Origin: Nitrososphaerota archaeon | Lineage (GTDB): Archaea > Thermoproteota > Nitrososphaeria > Nitrososphaerales > Nitrosopumilaceae | Length of the DNA stretch: 32,000 bases | Assembly (NCBI GenBank): GCA_022564515.1 | Contig: JADFLH010000010.1 | Span: 8,534-40,533, forward strand | Reading direction: 5' to 3' | Shown here: in pieces, positions 1 through 8,830 of the stretch | Numbering within the stretch: position 1 is the first letter of the stretch | Layout of the letters: the number at the start of each line of letters is the position of its first letter | Translations under genes and position numbers: made by a program | The notes under the pieces: model-generated | What the model saw: the letters and a program-made list of their open reading frames with translations, nothing else | Databases searched by the model: none | Told to the model about the DNA's origin: nothing

Positions 1-272
1 ACAGCTGAAAAGACCAAATCTAATTGCGATGCGTCAATCTCATCAATATTTTTGACAGTCATCTCCTTGATGTATTCTGGAATTTCTCCGTGAACTTCCC
101 AAGAAATAATTCCACTGTTTGGATCACGAATAGCTTCAGCATACTTTTTACCCGCAGATCTTTCAGACGCTGCAATCTGAGTCACTTCAAACCATGGATG
201 ATTTTCTAAGGATAACACAAATTCTTGACCTACTGAACCTGTGACTCCAATTATTGCTACTTTCTTTTTCAT
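1..272 (-). CDS. asd: Aspartate-semialdehyde dehydrogenase, N-terminal part (gene runs off the window start)
   Basis: My own translation of the minus strand from the ATG at 272..270 gives MKKKVAIIGVTGSVGQEFVLSLENHPWFEVTQIAASERSAGKKYAEAI... The GxTGxVG Rossmann motif and overall N-terminus are typical of Asd. An in-frame TAA five codons upstream fixes the start. The ORF is absent from the track because it is open at the window edge. Confidence 0.8.
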   Translation of the reverse strand, partial: MKKKVAIIGVTGSVGQEFVLSLENHPWFEVTQIAASERSAGKKYAEAIRDPNSGIISWEVHGEIPEYIKEMTVKNIDEIDASQLDLVFSA

Positions 273-286
273 GAACCAATTTGCTT

Positions 287-306
287 AGGATTCAATTAAT
301 AATCCT
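287..306. promoter_or_regulatory. Symmetric bidirectional promoter candidate: inverted repeat AGGATT-CAATTAAT-AATCCT around an AT-rich TATA-like core
   Basis: The core lies in the 49-bp asd/cobD divergent spacer. Its centre (296.5) is 24.5 nt from the asd ATG (272) and 25.5 nt from the cobD GTG (322). Confidence 0.45.
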
Positions 307-321
307 TTATCGTATTTCTTT

Positions 322-1401
322 GTGTTGAGACCAAATCGAAATATAGCATCTCACAAGCCAGTTTCTCACGGAGGCCCTTATTCTATCAAAAAATCTCAGA
401 ATGACCTTCTCGATTTTAGTTCAAACATCAATCCCTTTGGAGCCTCACCCATAGTTCGAAAGTTTCTCAAAAAGAAGTTAGGTACGATTTCAGAGTATCC
501 AGATTCAGATTCTAAAAATCTGAGAAAAACCCTTCAGCAGTATACCAAGATACCATACGAACAAATTGTTATGGGAAATGGTGCAACTGAAATAATTTAC
601 AATTTCTGCCAGGCTTTTTTGAACAAAAAAATACCTGTATTGATTCCAATTCCAACCTTTGGTGAGTACGAGGCTGCTGCAAGATTAGCTGGTTGTAAGA
701 TTTCATTCTTTAAGACAATGAATTTAGAAAAAGATCTAGATGACTTTATAGAAAAAGTTCCAAGAAACGGCTTTGTTTTTGTTTGTAATCCCAACAATCC
801 AACTGGAACTTTAATTTCAAAAAAAAATTTACAAAAAATAATTCAAGCTGCAAAGAAAAAATCTACTGGAATATTTATTGATGAATCATTTATTGAGCTT
901 GTTCCAGATTCCAACGAATCTGTCATAAAATATGTCAAAAAATCTAATAATCTTTTCATTTTGCGTTCTATGACAAAGTCATTTGGTTTAGCTGGAATCA
1001 GAGTTGGTTATGGAATTGGAAACAAACAAATCATTTCGACATTAAGCAAGATCAAGATACCATGGAATATTAGTGGAATAGCACAACATGCTGCAAGAGC
1101 TGCACTTTGCTCTACATTTTATTTGAACAAAACTCGTAAAATTATAAAAAAAGAATCAAAATATTTGCGAAACAAAATATCAAACATTCATGGTTTTGAA
1201 TGTCATGATACAACTACTAACTTTATTCTTATTAAAACAAAATTAAAATCAAAAATATTACAAAAAAAGCTTCTAAAGAAAAATATTCTGATACGTGATG
1301 CTTCGACATTCCGTGGTTTAAACAATAATTACATCAGAATTGCAGTTAAAACAAGAAAAGAAAACCAAAAGTTTGTAAAAGCATTGGAGAAAATTAAATG
1401 A
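322..1401 (+). CDS. cobD: L-threonine-O-3-phosphate decarboxylase (CobD-type, fold-type I aminotransferase family)
   Basis: The N-terminus SHGG...LLDFSSNINPFG resembles the HGGN...LLDFSANINPLG start of Salmonella CobD. PLP-enzyme motifs NPNNPTG and SMTKSFGLAGIRVGY are present. The gene overlaps the next cob gene by 4 bp and sits in a cbiB/cobS/cobY context. A separate hisC lies at 25620. The start is GTG 322 or TTG 325, bounded by an in-frame TAG at 286-288. Confidence 0.75.
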   Translation: MLRPNRNIASHKPVSHGGPYSIKKSQNDLLDFSSNINPFGASPIVRKFLKKKLGTISEYPDSDSKNLRKTLQQYTKIPYEQIVMGNGATEIIYNFCQAFLNKKIPVLIPIPTFGEYEAAARLAGCKISFFKTMNLEKDLDDFIEKVPRNGFVFVCNPNNPTGTLISKKNLQKIIQAAKKKSTGIFIDESFIELVPDSNESVIKYVKKSNNLFILRSMTKSFGLAGIRVGYGIGNKQIISTLSKIKIPWNISGIAQHAARAALCSTFYLNKTRKIIKKESKYLRNKISNIHGFECHDTTTNFILIKTKLKSKILQKKLLKKNILIRDASTFRGLNNNYIRIAVKTRKENQKFVKALEKIK

Positions 1402-2240
1402 AAACATTGATGATCCAGGGAACATCTTCAGGAGCTGGCAAGACAATACTTGTATCTGCTCTTTGCAGAATTTTTTCTGATTCTGGAATATGTGTTGCCC
1501 CATTCAAGTCTCAAAATATGTCAAATTATTCATATAAGAACAAGAATTTTGAGATCGCCCGTGCTCAGGCCATTCAAGCAATTGCTGCACGCTGTAAAAT
1601 CACACCTGATTTGAATCCAATTTTGCTAAAACCTCTTGGAAACTACTATAGTACTGTATACCTGCAAGGAAAGCGCTACAAAAACATGCATGCGACTGAT
1701 TACTACAAAAAATTCGTAAAAACAAAAGGACTCAAGGTTGTAATGGAGTCTTTATGGCGTATGAAAAAAAAGTACGATGTTATAATTATTGAAGGAGCAG
1801 GTTCTCCAGCAGAAATTAATCTACAAAAGTTTGATATTGCAAACATGAAGATTGCAGAAAGAACTAACTCCCCTGTTTTGCTAATAACCGACATTGATAG
1901 AGGTGGATCATTTGCTAGTATTGTTGGAACGCTTACATTACTTGATAAAAAACATCAAAAACTTGTCAAGGGTTTTATAATAAATAAATTCCGAGGCGAC
2001 ATTAATATTCTAAAACCCGGATTTGCAAAACTAAAACAATACACCAAAAAACCAGTTTATGGTGTAATTCCAATGACAAAGCTAGATCTGCCTGAGGAAG
2101 ATTCTCTAAGTGTAAAGCCAAAACGAATTTCCTGGAACAAGAAAAACATCGACAAAATTGATAGAGAGATTGACAAGCTAAGTAAATTAGTAAAGAAAAG
2201 TCTAAACATCAAGGCAATTGAAAGGCTGATATATTGTTAA
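1398..2240 (+). CDS. cobQ: Cobyric acid synthase (CobQ/CbiP)-like protein, ATP-binding N-terminal domain only; no glutamine amidotransferase domain
   Basis: The P-loop-like start MIQGTSSGAGKT, then PFKSQNMS, IIEGAGSPAEINL, DIDRGG and the linker GVIP...LPEEDS all follow the CobQ N-terminal half. The ORF ends 44 residues after the EEDS linker and overlaps cbiB by 7 bp. Confidence 0.75.
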   Translation: MKTLMIQGTSSGAGKTILVSALCRIFSDSGICVAPFKSQNMSNYSYKNKNFEIARAQAIQAIAARCKITPDLNPILLKPLGNYYSTVYLQGKRYKNMHATDYYKKFVKTKGLKVVMESLWRMKKKYDVIIIEGAGSPAEINLQKFDIANMKIAERTNSPVLLITDIDRGGSFASIVGTLTLLDKKHQKLVKGFIINKFRGDINILKPGFAKLKQYTKKPVYGVIPMTKLDLPEEDSLSVKPKRISWNKKNIDKIDREIDKLSKLVKKSLNIKAIERLIYC

Positions 2241-3205
2241 TTGAATCTATTTTAATCATCATATTTGCACTGGGATTGGATTTTGTAGCTGGCGATCCAA
2301 AGAACAAATATCATCCAACTGCCTGGATTGGTGGATTGATTGCAAAGCTTACTCCACTTGCTAAAAACAAGTCAGAACAAACTGAAAAACTTGGTGGAAT
2401 TGCAATTGTTTTATCAGTAACAACAATTGTTGCAACATTATTGATATTATTTGATGTTGGAATTAATTTAATCACAGTTGATTATGTTTCGTTAATATCA
2501 TCAATTCTGATTAGTACAATTCTTCTCAAAACAACAATAGCCATTAGAGGAATGGAAAAACGTGCACTAGCTGTGGTAGAATCAGTTGAGATGGATGATA
2601 TGGATAGTGCTAAAGACAATCTAGCCTTGATTGTTAAGCGAAATACGAAGGAATTGGACAAAAATCATGTCTTATCGGGCGTGCTTGAAAGTGTGAGCGA
2701 GAATACCGTTGATGGCATTACTGGTCCATTATTCTATTATGCATTATTTGGTCTGCCAGGGGCATTTGTGTACAGAGTGGTAAACACTATAGACTCAATG
2801 ATTGGATACAATAATTCAATTTTCAAAAATGTAGGATGGTTTGGTGCAAACTGTGACAAGGTACTAAACTTCATTCCAGCCAGATTGACAGCTCTAGTGA
2901 TGATTTTAGGCGCAATGATCATTGGAAGTGATTGGAAACGATCTTATTTAATCATGGTACGTGATGGATCACTACCAACATCCCCCAATGCCGGATATCC
3001 AATGGGAGCTTTGGCTGGTGCATTAAAAACAAAGTTTGAAAAAATAGATCATTATACAATTGGTGATGGAGATCTAGAACTAAAAAAGGAACACATAAAA
3101 TCAGCAATTGTTCTAATGAAGGTAACCTCAATCCTGTTTTTTGGAATAGTTACTATTCCCATCATGGTCATGTTATCATATTTAGGATGGTGGCTTTATG
3201 CTTAA
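2234..3205 (+). CDS. cbiB: Adenosylcobinamide-phosphate synthase CbiB (CobD family membrane protein)
   Basis: Polytopic membrane protein with an N-terminal GDPKNKYHPTAWIG motif and the conserved SPNAGYPMGALAGAL segment. It lies in the cob cluster. Confidence 0.88.
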   Translation: MLIESILIIIFALGLDFVAGDPKNKYHPTAWIGGLIAKLTPLAKNKSEQTEKLGGIAIVLSVTTIVATLLILFDVGINLITVDYVSLISSILISTILLKTTIAIRGMEKRALAVVESVEMDDMDSAKDNLALIVKRNTKELDKNHVLSGVLESVSENTVDGITGPLFYYALFGLPGAFVYRVVNTIDSMIGYNNSIFKNVGWFGANCDKVLNFIPARLTALVMILGAMIIGSDWKRSYLIMVRDGSLPTSPNAGYPMGALAGALKTKFEKIDHYTIGDGDLELKKEHIKSAIVLMKVTSILFFGIVTIPIMVMLSYLGWWLYA

Positions 3206-3926
3206 AGAAATAGGTTCAGTGTTTTCATTTTTAACAATAATTCCAACAAGCAAAGCCCAGCTAGAAACAATTGCAAAGTACATGTATCTCTTCCCAATTG
3301 TTGGTGTAGCAATCGGACTTGTTGTTGGTTCTTTTGGTTTTGGATTATCATTTCTAGGACTTGAACCATTAGTTATTGGACTGCTAGTGATGGCAGCATT
3401 TGCACTAATTACTGGAATTCATCATATAGATGGTTTAGCTGATTTTGCAGATGGATTGATGACAAAGGGGACAAAAGAGAAAAAGCTTCAAGCAATGAAG
3501 GATCTTTCAACAGGTTCTTCTGGAATTGTTACTGTTGTGCTGTATATAGTTGGAATGATTATTGCACTTTCATTAGCTGATGGCTATCTGTTATTTCAAG
3601 CAATTCTTGTTAGTGAAATTATAGCAAAATTCTCAATGGTGTTGATGGCAAGTGCAGGTCATTCAGCCACTCTAGGCTCAAACTCTCCTTTTGTGGAACT
3701 TATGAAGGACAGAAAAAAGCTCATAGTCTCCCTCGTACTCACAATTGTTCCAATAATAGTTGTAGCAGGAAGCATAGGAATGATTGTGTTTGCTGCTAGT
3801 GTCATACTCACACTTTTTTTGGTTGGAATCTCAACTAGAAGCTTTGGTGGAATCACTGGTGACGTTTTAGGAGCAACAAATGAATTAACTAGATTATCTT
3901 CCCTTTTGATCTTTGTTACAATATGA
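3198..3926 (+). CDS. cobS: Adenosylcobinamide-GDP ribazoletransferase (cobalamin synthase CobS)
   Basis: Membrane protein with FLTIIP near the N-terminus, plus HHIDGLADFADGL and GGITGDVLGA motifs characteristic of CobS. It overlaps both neighbouring genes. Confidence 0.88.
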   Translation: MLKEIGSVFSFLTIIPTSKAQLETIAKYMYLFPIVGVAIGLVVGSFGFGLSFLGLEPLVIGLLVMAAFALITGIHHIDGLADFADGLMTKGTKEKKLQAMKDLSTGSSGIVTVVLYIVGMIIALSLADGYLLFQAILVSEIIAKFSMVLMASAGHSATLGSNSPFVELMKDRKKLIVSLVLTIVPIIVVAGSIGMIVFAASVILTLFLVGISTRSFGGITGDVLGATNELTRLSSLLIFVTI

Positions 3927-4507
3927 TTGGAGTTGTGATGGCTGGTGGAAAAGGCACCAGAATGGAATCAAATCAAGAAAAACTTCTACACAGGCATAAA
4001 AAACCTATAATACTTCATGTAATTGATGCCCTGAAAGATTCAGAATGTTTTTCAAAAGTAATTGCAATTCCAAGTCCAAATGCTCCAAAGACAAAGGAAT
4101 TGCTAGAACAAACTGATGTTGAAATAATTAACACTCCTGGAAATGGATATGTAAGTGATTTGAATCAGGTTTTAAGCTCACTCGATGATCACATTTTGGT
4201 GACATCAGGGGATCTTCCTCTTCTTGATGGCGAAATTGTAAAAAAAATTGTCGCGTTATATAATCCAAGAAATGTTTGGAAGAGCATAGTTGTAACAAAG
4301 GAGTTTTTGGATTCACTTCAAATATCATCTAATTTTCTTATTACATTTCAAGAGAAACAATGTTTTTTCACAGGAATTTCACTTGTTAATGCAAAGAAAA
4401 TTAAAAGTTTAGAGCAAGTAAAAGAGACCCATCAAATTCTTGATGACAAAAGAGTTGCTTTTAATCTAAACACAAAACAGGATTATAAGCTACTCGGCCT
4501 TTCCTGA
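3923..4507 (+). CDS. cobY: Adenosylcobinamide-phosphate guanylyltransferase, archaeal CobY type
   Basis: Nucleotidyltransferase start VVMAGGKGTRM, followed by GNGYVSDL and TSGDLPLL. The size of about 190 aa and the position after cobS match archaeal CobY. Confidence 0.78.
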   Translation: MIGVVMAGGKGTRMESNQEKLLHRHKKPIILHVIDALKDSECFSKVIAIPSPNAPKTKELLEQTDVEIINTPGNGYVSDLNQVLSSLDDHILVTSGDLPLLDGEIVKKIVALYNPRNVWKSIVVTKEFLDSLQISSNFLITFQEKQCFFTGISLVNAKKIKSLEQVKETHQILDDKRVAFNLNTKQDYKLLGLS

Positions 4508-4687
4508 GTATTTGCCAAAAATTTTAGCAATACCTCCTGTTGGTTTGGCTATAGTGTTTCCACAGGAATTGCATGTTACGAGAATTGAGGTATGAGAATA
4601 AACAATTTGAAGTTCACCACATTCTTTACAGTTAATCTTTAGAAATTTACTGTTTGGTTCTGGAATAGGAATGTGATCTTTTTTCAA
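4490..4687 (-). CDS. rps27e: 30S ribosomal protein S27e (eS27)
   Basis: 65 aa. PIPEPNSKFLKINCKECG...VTCNSCGNTIAKPTGG gives a C4 zinc ribbon, and the PEP..FL prefix is typical of eS27. It overlaps rpl44e by 4 bp. Confidence 0.9.
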   Translation of the reverse strand: MKKDHIPIPEPNSKFLKINCKECGELQIVYSHTSILVTCNSCGNTIAKPTGGIAKIFGKYSGKAE

Positions 4688-4974
4688 ACTGCCACCAACT
4701 CAAATTTTTTGACTCTAATTCCATATGTCATTAATTTCTTTTTGCACGTTGTGCAGGTAAGAACACGTGTTACTTTCTTTGTTGTCTTTGCAGGTTTTGC
4801 TAATTTAGGAAATTTTTGTCCGCCATATCCTTTTTTGTCCTTTGCGTGGCGCCTCTCACCAAGAGCAGAACCTCGTCTTTTCCCAGCCTTGTAGATGGAG
4901 ACCTTTTGTGTTGTATGAGTATTGCACTTTGGGCAATACCTTCTAATCTCCTTTGGATAGTTCATATCAAACAA
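4684..4974 (-). CDS. rpl44e: 50S ribosomal protein L44e (eL42)
   Basis: 96 aa. RRYCPKCNTHTTQKV...KAGKRRG...GYGGQ...CTTCKK matches the eL42 zinc-ribbon pattern and shows the classic rpl44e-rps27e pairing. Confidence 0.9.
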   Translation of the reverse strand: MFDMNYPKEIRRYCPKCNTHTTQKVSIYKAGKRRGSALGERRHAKDKKGYGGQKFPKLAKPAKTTKKVTRVLTCTTCKKKLMTYGIRVKKFELVAV

Positions 4975-5035
4975 CCCACTTCCTCGGTAATTTAAGCATT
5001 GAATCTATAATAATTCCAAACCACAACTCAAACTC

Positions 5036-6802
5036 ATGGCTTCTACTCTTTCATCTTCAATCTTATCTCTTAACGCAGTTGCAATGGGGGAAAAAAAAGC
5101 TACAATCATTTTAAAAAATTGCATGTTGGTAAACGTTTACACAAGAGAAGTCATCCCACAAACTCAGATTGCTATTCTAAATGATAGAATTGCTTTTGTT
5201 GGTCAAGATGCTTCTCACACAATTGGTCCAAAAACTGTTCTATTTGATCTGGAAGAAAAGTATGTAACTCCAGGATTTGCAGATTCACATATCCACATTG
5301 ATCAGTTTGTTTTACCATCCGAGTTTGCAAAAAAATCTCTTTTGTGTGGAGTTACATCCTTATTCTCTGATCCAATTGACATTGTAAGTGTTTGTGGATA
5401 CAGAGGATTTAGAGAATTTGTAAGACAAACAGAAAATTTACCTCTCAGAATATTTCACGTTGTTCCAGGTGGTCTTCCAGTTGATAAAAAATTCAGTCAT
5501 GGAAAAACACTTAGCTTAACTCAAGAAAAAGCCGCAGTAAAACTTCCAAATGTTTTAGGTCTTGGTGAGGTATTTTCATGGACAAAGGTTACCATGCGTG
5601 ATGCAAAAACAATGAACACACTTTCATCAATGTTAGAGGCTGATTGTATCATTAACGGTCATACGGCTGGTGCCTCAGGTAAAAAGCTAAATGCATACAT
5701 TTCCTCTGGAATAATGTCATGTCATGAACCAATTGACTTTGATCAAGTATTAGAGAGGTTACGACTAGGAATGTGGATTATGATTAGAGAAGGTTCTATA
5801 CGACGAGACCTCAAGGAAATCATTATTCGTGTACTGTCACATGGTACCTACATTGATAGATTGATGTTTTGTTCGGACGGCGTTGATCCCCTTGATATAG
5901 AAAACTATGGTCACATTGATCATTGTGTAAGAGAGGCAATTGCAAATGGTGTAGATCCAATTGATGCATTCACAATGGCATCAAAAAACTGTTTTGATTA
6001 CTATGATATGGGAAGAGATCTTGGTGGAATTGCTCCTGGAAAACTTGCTGACATTTTGGTTTTTGATGATTTGACAAACATCAAACCAAAGAAAGTGTTT
6101 GTTGGAGGCAAGCTAGTTGTTTCAAATGGAATCATTATTTCAAAAATAAAATTCAAATCAATACCTACTTGGATTAAAAAAACTGTAAAGCTTAGAAAAA
6201 AATTCTCAGAAAAAGACTTTCATGTAAAATCAAAAAAACCAACTGTCTCGGTAAATTCAATCAATCTAATTTCTGAAATCATCACAGAACTTGATTCTGT
6301 AGATCTTTCTACAAAGGATGGAAATGTTTTGCCATCTTTTGATAAGGATGTTTGGAAGGTTGCAGCCTTTGATAGAACATATGGCTCAAACCAACATGCC
6401 GTTGGATTTTTGAGTAACTTTGGTGCAAGGATTGGTGCGTTTGCTTCAACTTGGAATTTTCATGAAAACGACATGATTGTAATTGGTTCAAATGAGGCAG
6501 ACATGGCTATTGCTGTGAACAATTTAATCAAAACACAAGGAGGTTTGATAGTGATAAAAGATGGCAAAACATTAGCTTCTCTCTCACTACCATTCGGAGG
6601 TATTATCTCTACAAACTCATTTGATAAGGTGACGTCTGATTTTTTGAACATTTCTAACACCATAATTGATGCTGGTTGCAAATTTAAAAAACCACATCTA
6701 ATTCCTCTTTTTTTACCATTCTTGGCATTGCCTTCGATTAGGATTCTTTTTAGTGGTATTGTTGATGTCAAAAGAAGATCCTTCATCTCACCAATTAATT
6801 AA
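5036..6802 (+). CDS. ade: Adenine deaminase (amidohydrolase superfamily)
   Basis: 588 aa. The metal-binding motif PGFADSHIHID sits near the N-terminus, and the length and two-domain layout are typical of Ade. An alternative ATG lies at 5084. A TATAATAA element at about 5005-5012 lies about 26 nt before 5036, which would fit a leaderless start there. Confidence 0.8.
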   Translation: MASTLSSSILSLNAVAMGEKKATIILKNCMLVNVYTREVIPQTQIAILNDRIAFVGQDASHTIGPKTVLFDLEEKYVTPGFADSHIHIDQFVLPSEFAKKSLLCGVTSLFSDPIDIVSVCGYRGFREFVRQTENLPLRIFHVVPGGLPVDKKFSHGKTLSLTQEKAAVKLPNVLGLGEVFSWTKVTMRDAKTMNTLSSMLEADCIINGHTAGASGKKLNAYISSGIMSCHEPIDFDQVLERLRLGMWIMIREGSIRRDLKEIIIRVLSHGTYIDRLMFCSDGVDPLDIENYGHIDHCVREAIANGVDPIDAFTMASKNCFDYYDMGRDLGGIAPGKLADILVFDDLTNIKPKKVFVGGKLVVSNGIIISKIKFKSIPTWIKKTVKLRKKFSEKDFHVKSKKPTVSVNSINLISEIITELDSVDLSTKDGNVLPSFDKDVWKVAAFDRTYGSNQHAVGFLSNFGARIGAFASTWNFHENDMIVIGSNEADMAIAVNNLIKTQGGLIVIKDGKTLASLSLPFGGIISTNSFDKVTSDFLNISNTIIDAGCKFKKPHLIPLFLPFLALPSIRILFSGIVDVKRRSFISPIN

Positions 6803-6843
6803 GATATATTAAAAAAGGGCATTCAAAACACAAGAGATGAATT

Positions 6844-8472
6844 ATGGCTTCAATTCAACAAACACCACAAGGCCCGGTATTGGTTTTGAAGGAAAGTGCA
6901 CTTCAGCAAAAAGGCAGAGATGCCCAACAAAACAACATTCAGGCTGCAAAACTGGTAGCCGATTTAGTTAGATCGAGCCTGGGGCCTCGCGGTTTGGATA
7001 AAATGCTTGTTGATTCTCTAGGTGATGTAACTATCACAAATGATGGTGCCACGATTCTCAAAGAGATTGATGTCCAGCATCCGGCTGCAAAAATGATGGT
7101 CGAGGTTTCAAAAACACTTGATAACGAGGTTGGTGACGGTACCTCCTCAGCAGTAATTTTTTGTGGAGAATTACTTTCAAAAGCAGAAGAGCTTTTGAAA
7201 AAAGATGTTCACTCTTCTGTCATCGTAGAAGGTTATCAGGAAGCTTCTGAAAAAACTCTTGAGATTCTTTCAGAAATAGCAATGAAAATAAAACCAGATG
7301 ACCGAAATTCCCTTTTGAAGATTGCAAAAACTAGCATGGAATCAAAATTAATTTCTAATGATGGTGATGATCTTTCAAAAATTGTTGTTGATACGATTCT
7401 AAAAATTACAACAAAAAAAATCGACAAGTATACTGTTGACCTTGATAATATTAAGGTAGAAAAGAAGGCAGGTGCCTCAATAGCTGAGACAGAGCTTATC
7501 AAAGGAATAGTTCTTGATAAAGAAATTATCCACAGTGGAATGCCCACCAAGATTGAAAAGGCAAAGATTGCTTTAGTAAATACAGCTCTTGAAGTAGAAA
7601 AAACCGAGATGAGCGCTGAAATTAGAATTAACGATCCAACTCAAATGCAGATGTTTTTGGAAGAAGAAAACAGAATGTTAAAGTCAATGGTAGATAAGAT
7701 TCATGATGTTGGAACAAATGTTCTATTGTGTCAGAAGGGAATTGATGACATTTCACAACACTATCTTGCAAAACATGGCATCTTAGCCGTTAGACGAATT
7801 AAAGAAAGTGACATGACAAAATTAGAAAAAGCAACTGGTGGAAGAATGATAACAAATCTTGATGATCTGTCTGAGAAAGACCTCGGAACTGCTGAAGTGG
7901 TTCAACAGAAAAAGATTGAATCTGACAAGTGGGTGTTCATTGAAGGATGCCGAAATCCACTATCAGTTTCAATTCTAATTAGAGGTGGCTCTCAAAGAGT
8001 AGTTGATGAAGTTGATCGCTCTATGCATGACGCATTAATGGTAGTCAAAGATGTTATTGAAAAGCCAGAAATTGTTGCGGGTGGCGGATCACCAGAGGCG
8101 TATATTGCAGCCCAACTCAAGGAATGGGCAGACAATTTTCATGGAAGAAAACAGCTTGCAATCAAAAAATATGCTGAAGCATTGGAGGTTATTCCACTTA
8201 CAATTGCAGAAAATGCTGGAATGGATCCAATTGATACAATGGTGAGTCTTAGAGCAAAGCAAAGTCAGGGAAAAAAATGGACAGGCATTGATGCAAGAAA
8301 AACAACGATTTCAGACATGTTAGCAATTGATATTGTAGAACCAGTAGCTGTAAAAGAACAAATTATAAAATCTGCAACAGAAACTGCAAACATGATAATT
8401 AGAATCGATGATGTAATTGCAATTTCAGGTACTACTGGTGGAGCCGCTGGTGGTGCTCCTCCAATGGGATAA
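6844..8472 (+). CDS. ths: Thermosome subunit (group II chaperonin)
   Basis: 542 aa with [33 protein letters not shown] and GGG(S)PE motifs and a Gly/Ala-rich C-terminal tail ending in GGAPPMG. Confidence 0.95.
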   Translation: MASIQQTPQGPVLVLKESALQQKGRDAQQNNIQAAKLVADLVRSSLGPRGLDKMLVDSLGDVTITNDGATILKEIDVQHPAAKMMVEVSKTLDNEVGDGTSSAVIFCGELLSKAEELLKKDVHSSVIVEGYQEASEKTLEILSEIAMKIKPDDRNSLLKIAKTSMESKLISNDGDDLSKIVVDTILKITTKKIDKYTVDLDNIKVEKKAGASIAETELIKGIVLDKEIIHSGMPTKIEKAKIALVNTALEVEKTEMSAEIRINDPTQMQMFLEEENRMLKSMVDKIHDVGTNVLLCQKGIDDISQHYLAKHGILAVRRIKESDMTKLEKATGGRMITNLDDLSEKDLGTAEVVQQKKIESDKWVFIEGCRNPLSVSILIRGGSQRVVDEVDRSMHDALMVVKDVIEKPEIVAGGGSPEAYIAAQLKEWADNFHGRKQLAIKKYAEALEVIPLTIAENAGMDPIDTMVSLRAKQSQGKKWTGIDARKTTISDMLAIDIVEPVAVKEQIIKSATETANMIIRIDDVIAISGTTGGAAGGAPPMG

Positions 8473-8488
8473 ATAATTTCTCCAAATA

Positions 8489-8746
8489 CTAAATTTCGTA
8501 AATCGGCGGATAAAAAATTGGTTCAAGTTCTGACAGACTAACTGAAAAAAATACTACTATTATCCCTAGTATAGCCAGAGGAATCGTAAATAGTGTGATT
8601 CCAAGTAACAAACAATCATTCGCCCTTCGTGAGTCATCACTTCTAATTGCAAAATATGCTATAATTCCACCAATGATTGTAAAGAATATTGGCAACAAAA
8701 ACCACCACGCACCACGTTTCCTATATCTATCTAAGTGTTCTGACAT
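8489..8746 (-). CDS. Small membrane protein, unknown function (2 predicted TM helices)
   Basis: 85-aa ORF with two long hydrophobic segments (WWFLLPIFFTIIGGIIAYFAI and LLLGITLFTIPLAILGIIVVFF). It has its own intergenic flanks. No catalytic motif was recognised. Confidence 0.5.
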   Translation of the reverse strand: MSEHLDRYRKRGAWWFLLPIFFTIIGGIIAYFAIRSDDSRRANDCLLLGITLFTIPLAILGIIVVFFSVSLSELEPIFYPPIYEI

Positions 8747-8830
8747 TTTATTCTATATCGTGTATTGTGCTTAAAACACTAGCTATGTATCACATGAAAA
8801 CTTCAAAACAAACTGTTATGATGTAAAATT

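Noticed and set aside
24-209. 61-aa plus-strand ORF at the window start.
   Set aside because: It is antisense to the asd N-terminus, which translates into a clear Rossmann-fold Asd sequence.
273-321. Possible cobalamin riboswitch or leader upstream of the cob cluster.
   Set aside because: Only 49 nt are available and they are shared with the divergent asd promoter, far too short for an AdoCbl aptamer. No conserved B12-box-like sequence was seen.
322-1401. Annotation of this aminotransferase-fold ORF as a second histidinol-phosphate aminotransferase.
   Set aside because: A bona fide hisC sits in the his operon (25620-26693). This ORF has the CobD-like HGG/LLDFS N-terminus and is translationally coupled to cobalamin genes.
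4490-4507. 18-bp convergent overlap of the cobY and rps27e 3' ends. Similar 4-bp convergent overlaps occur at 16314-16317 and 30745-30748.
   Set aside because: This is consistent with general genome compaction, and the stop positions may be slightly lineage-specific. There is no evidence of a functional antisense mechanism.
5036-5083. N-terminal 16-residue Ser/Leu-rich extension of adenine deaminase as a targeting signal.
   Set aside because: It is more simply explained by start-codon ambiguity between ATG 5036 and ATG 5084. It is not hydrophobic enough for a signal peptide.
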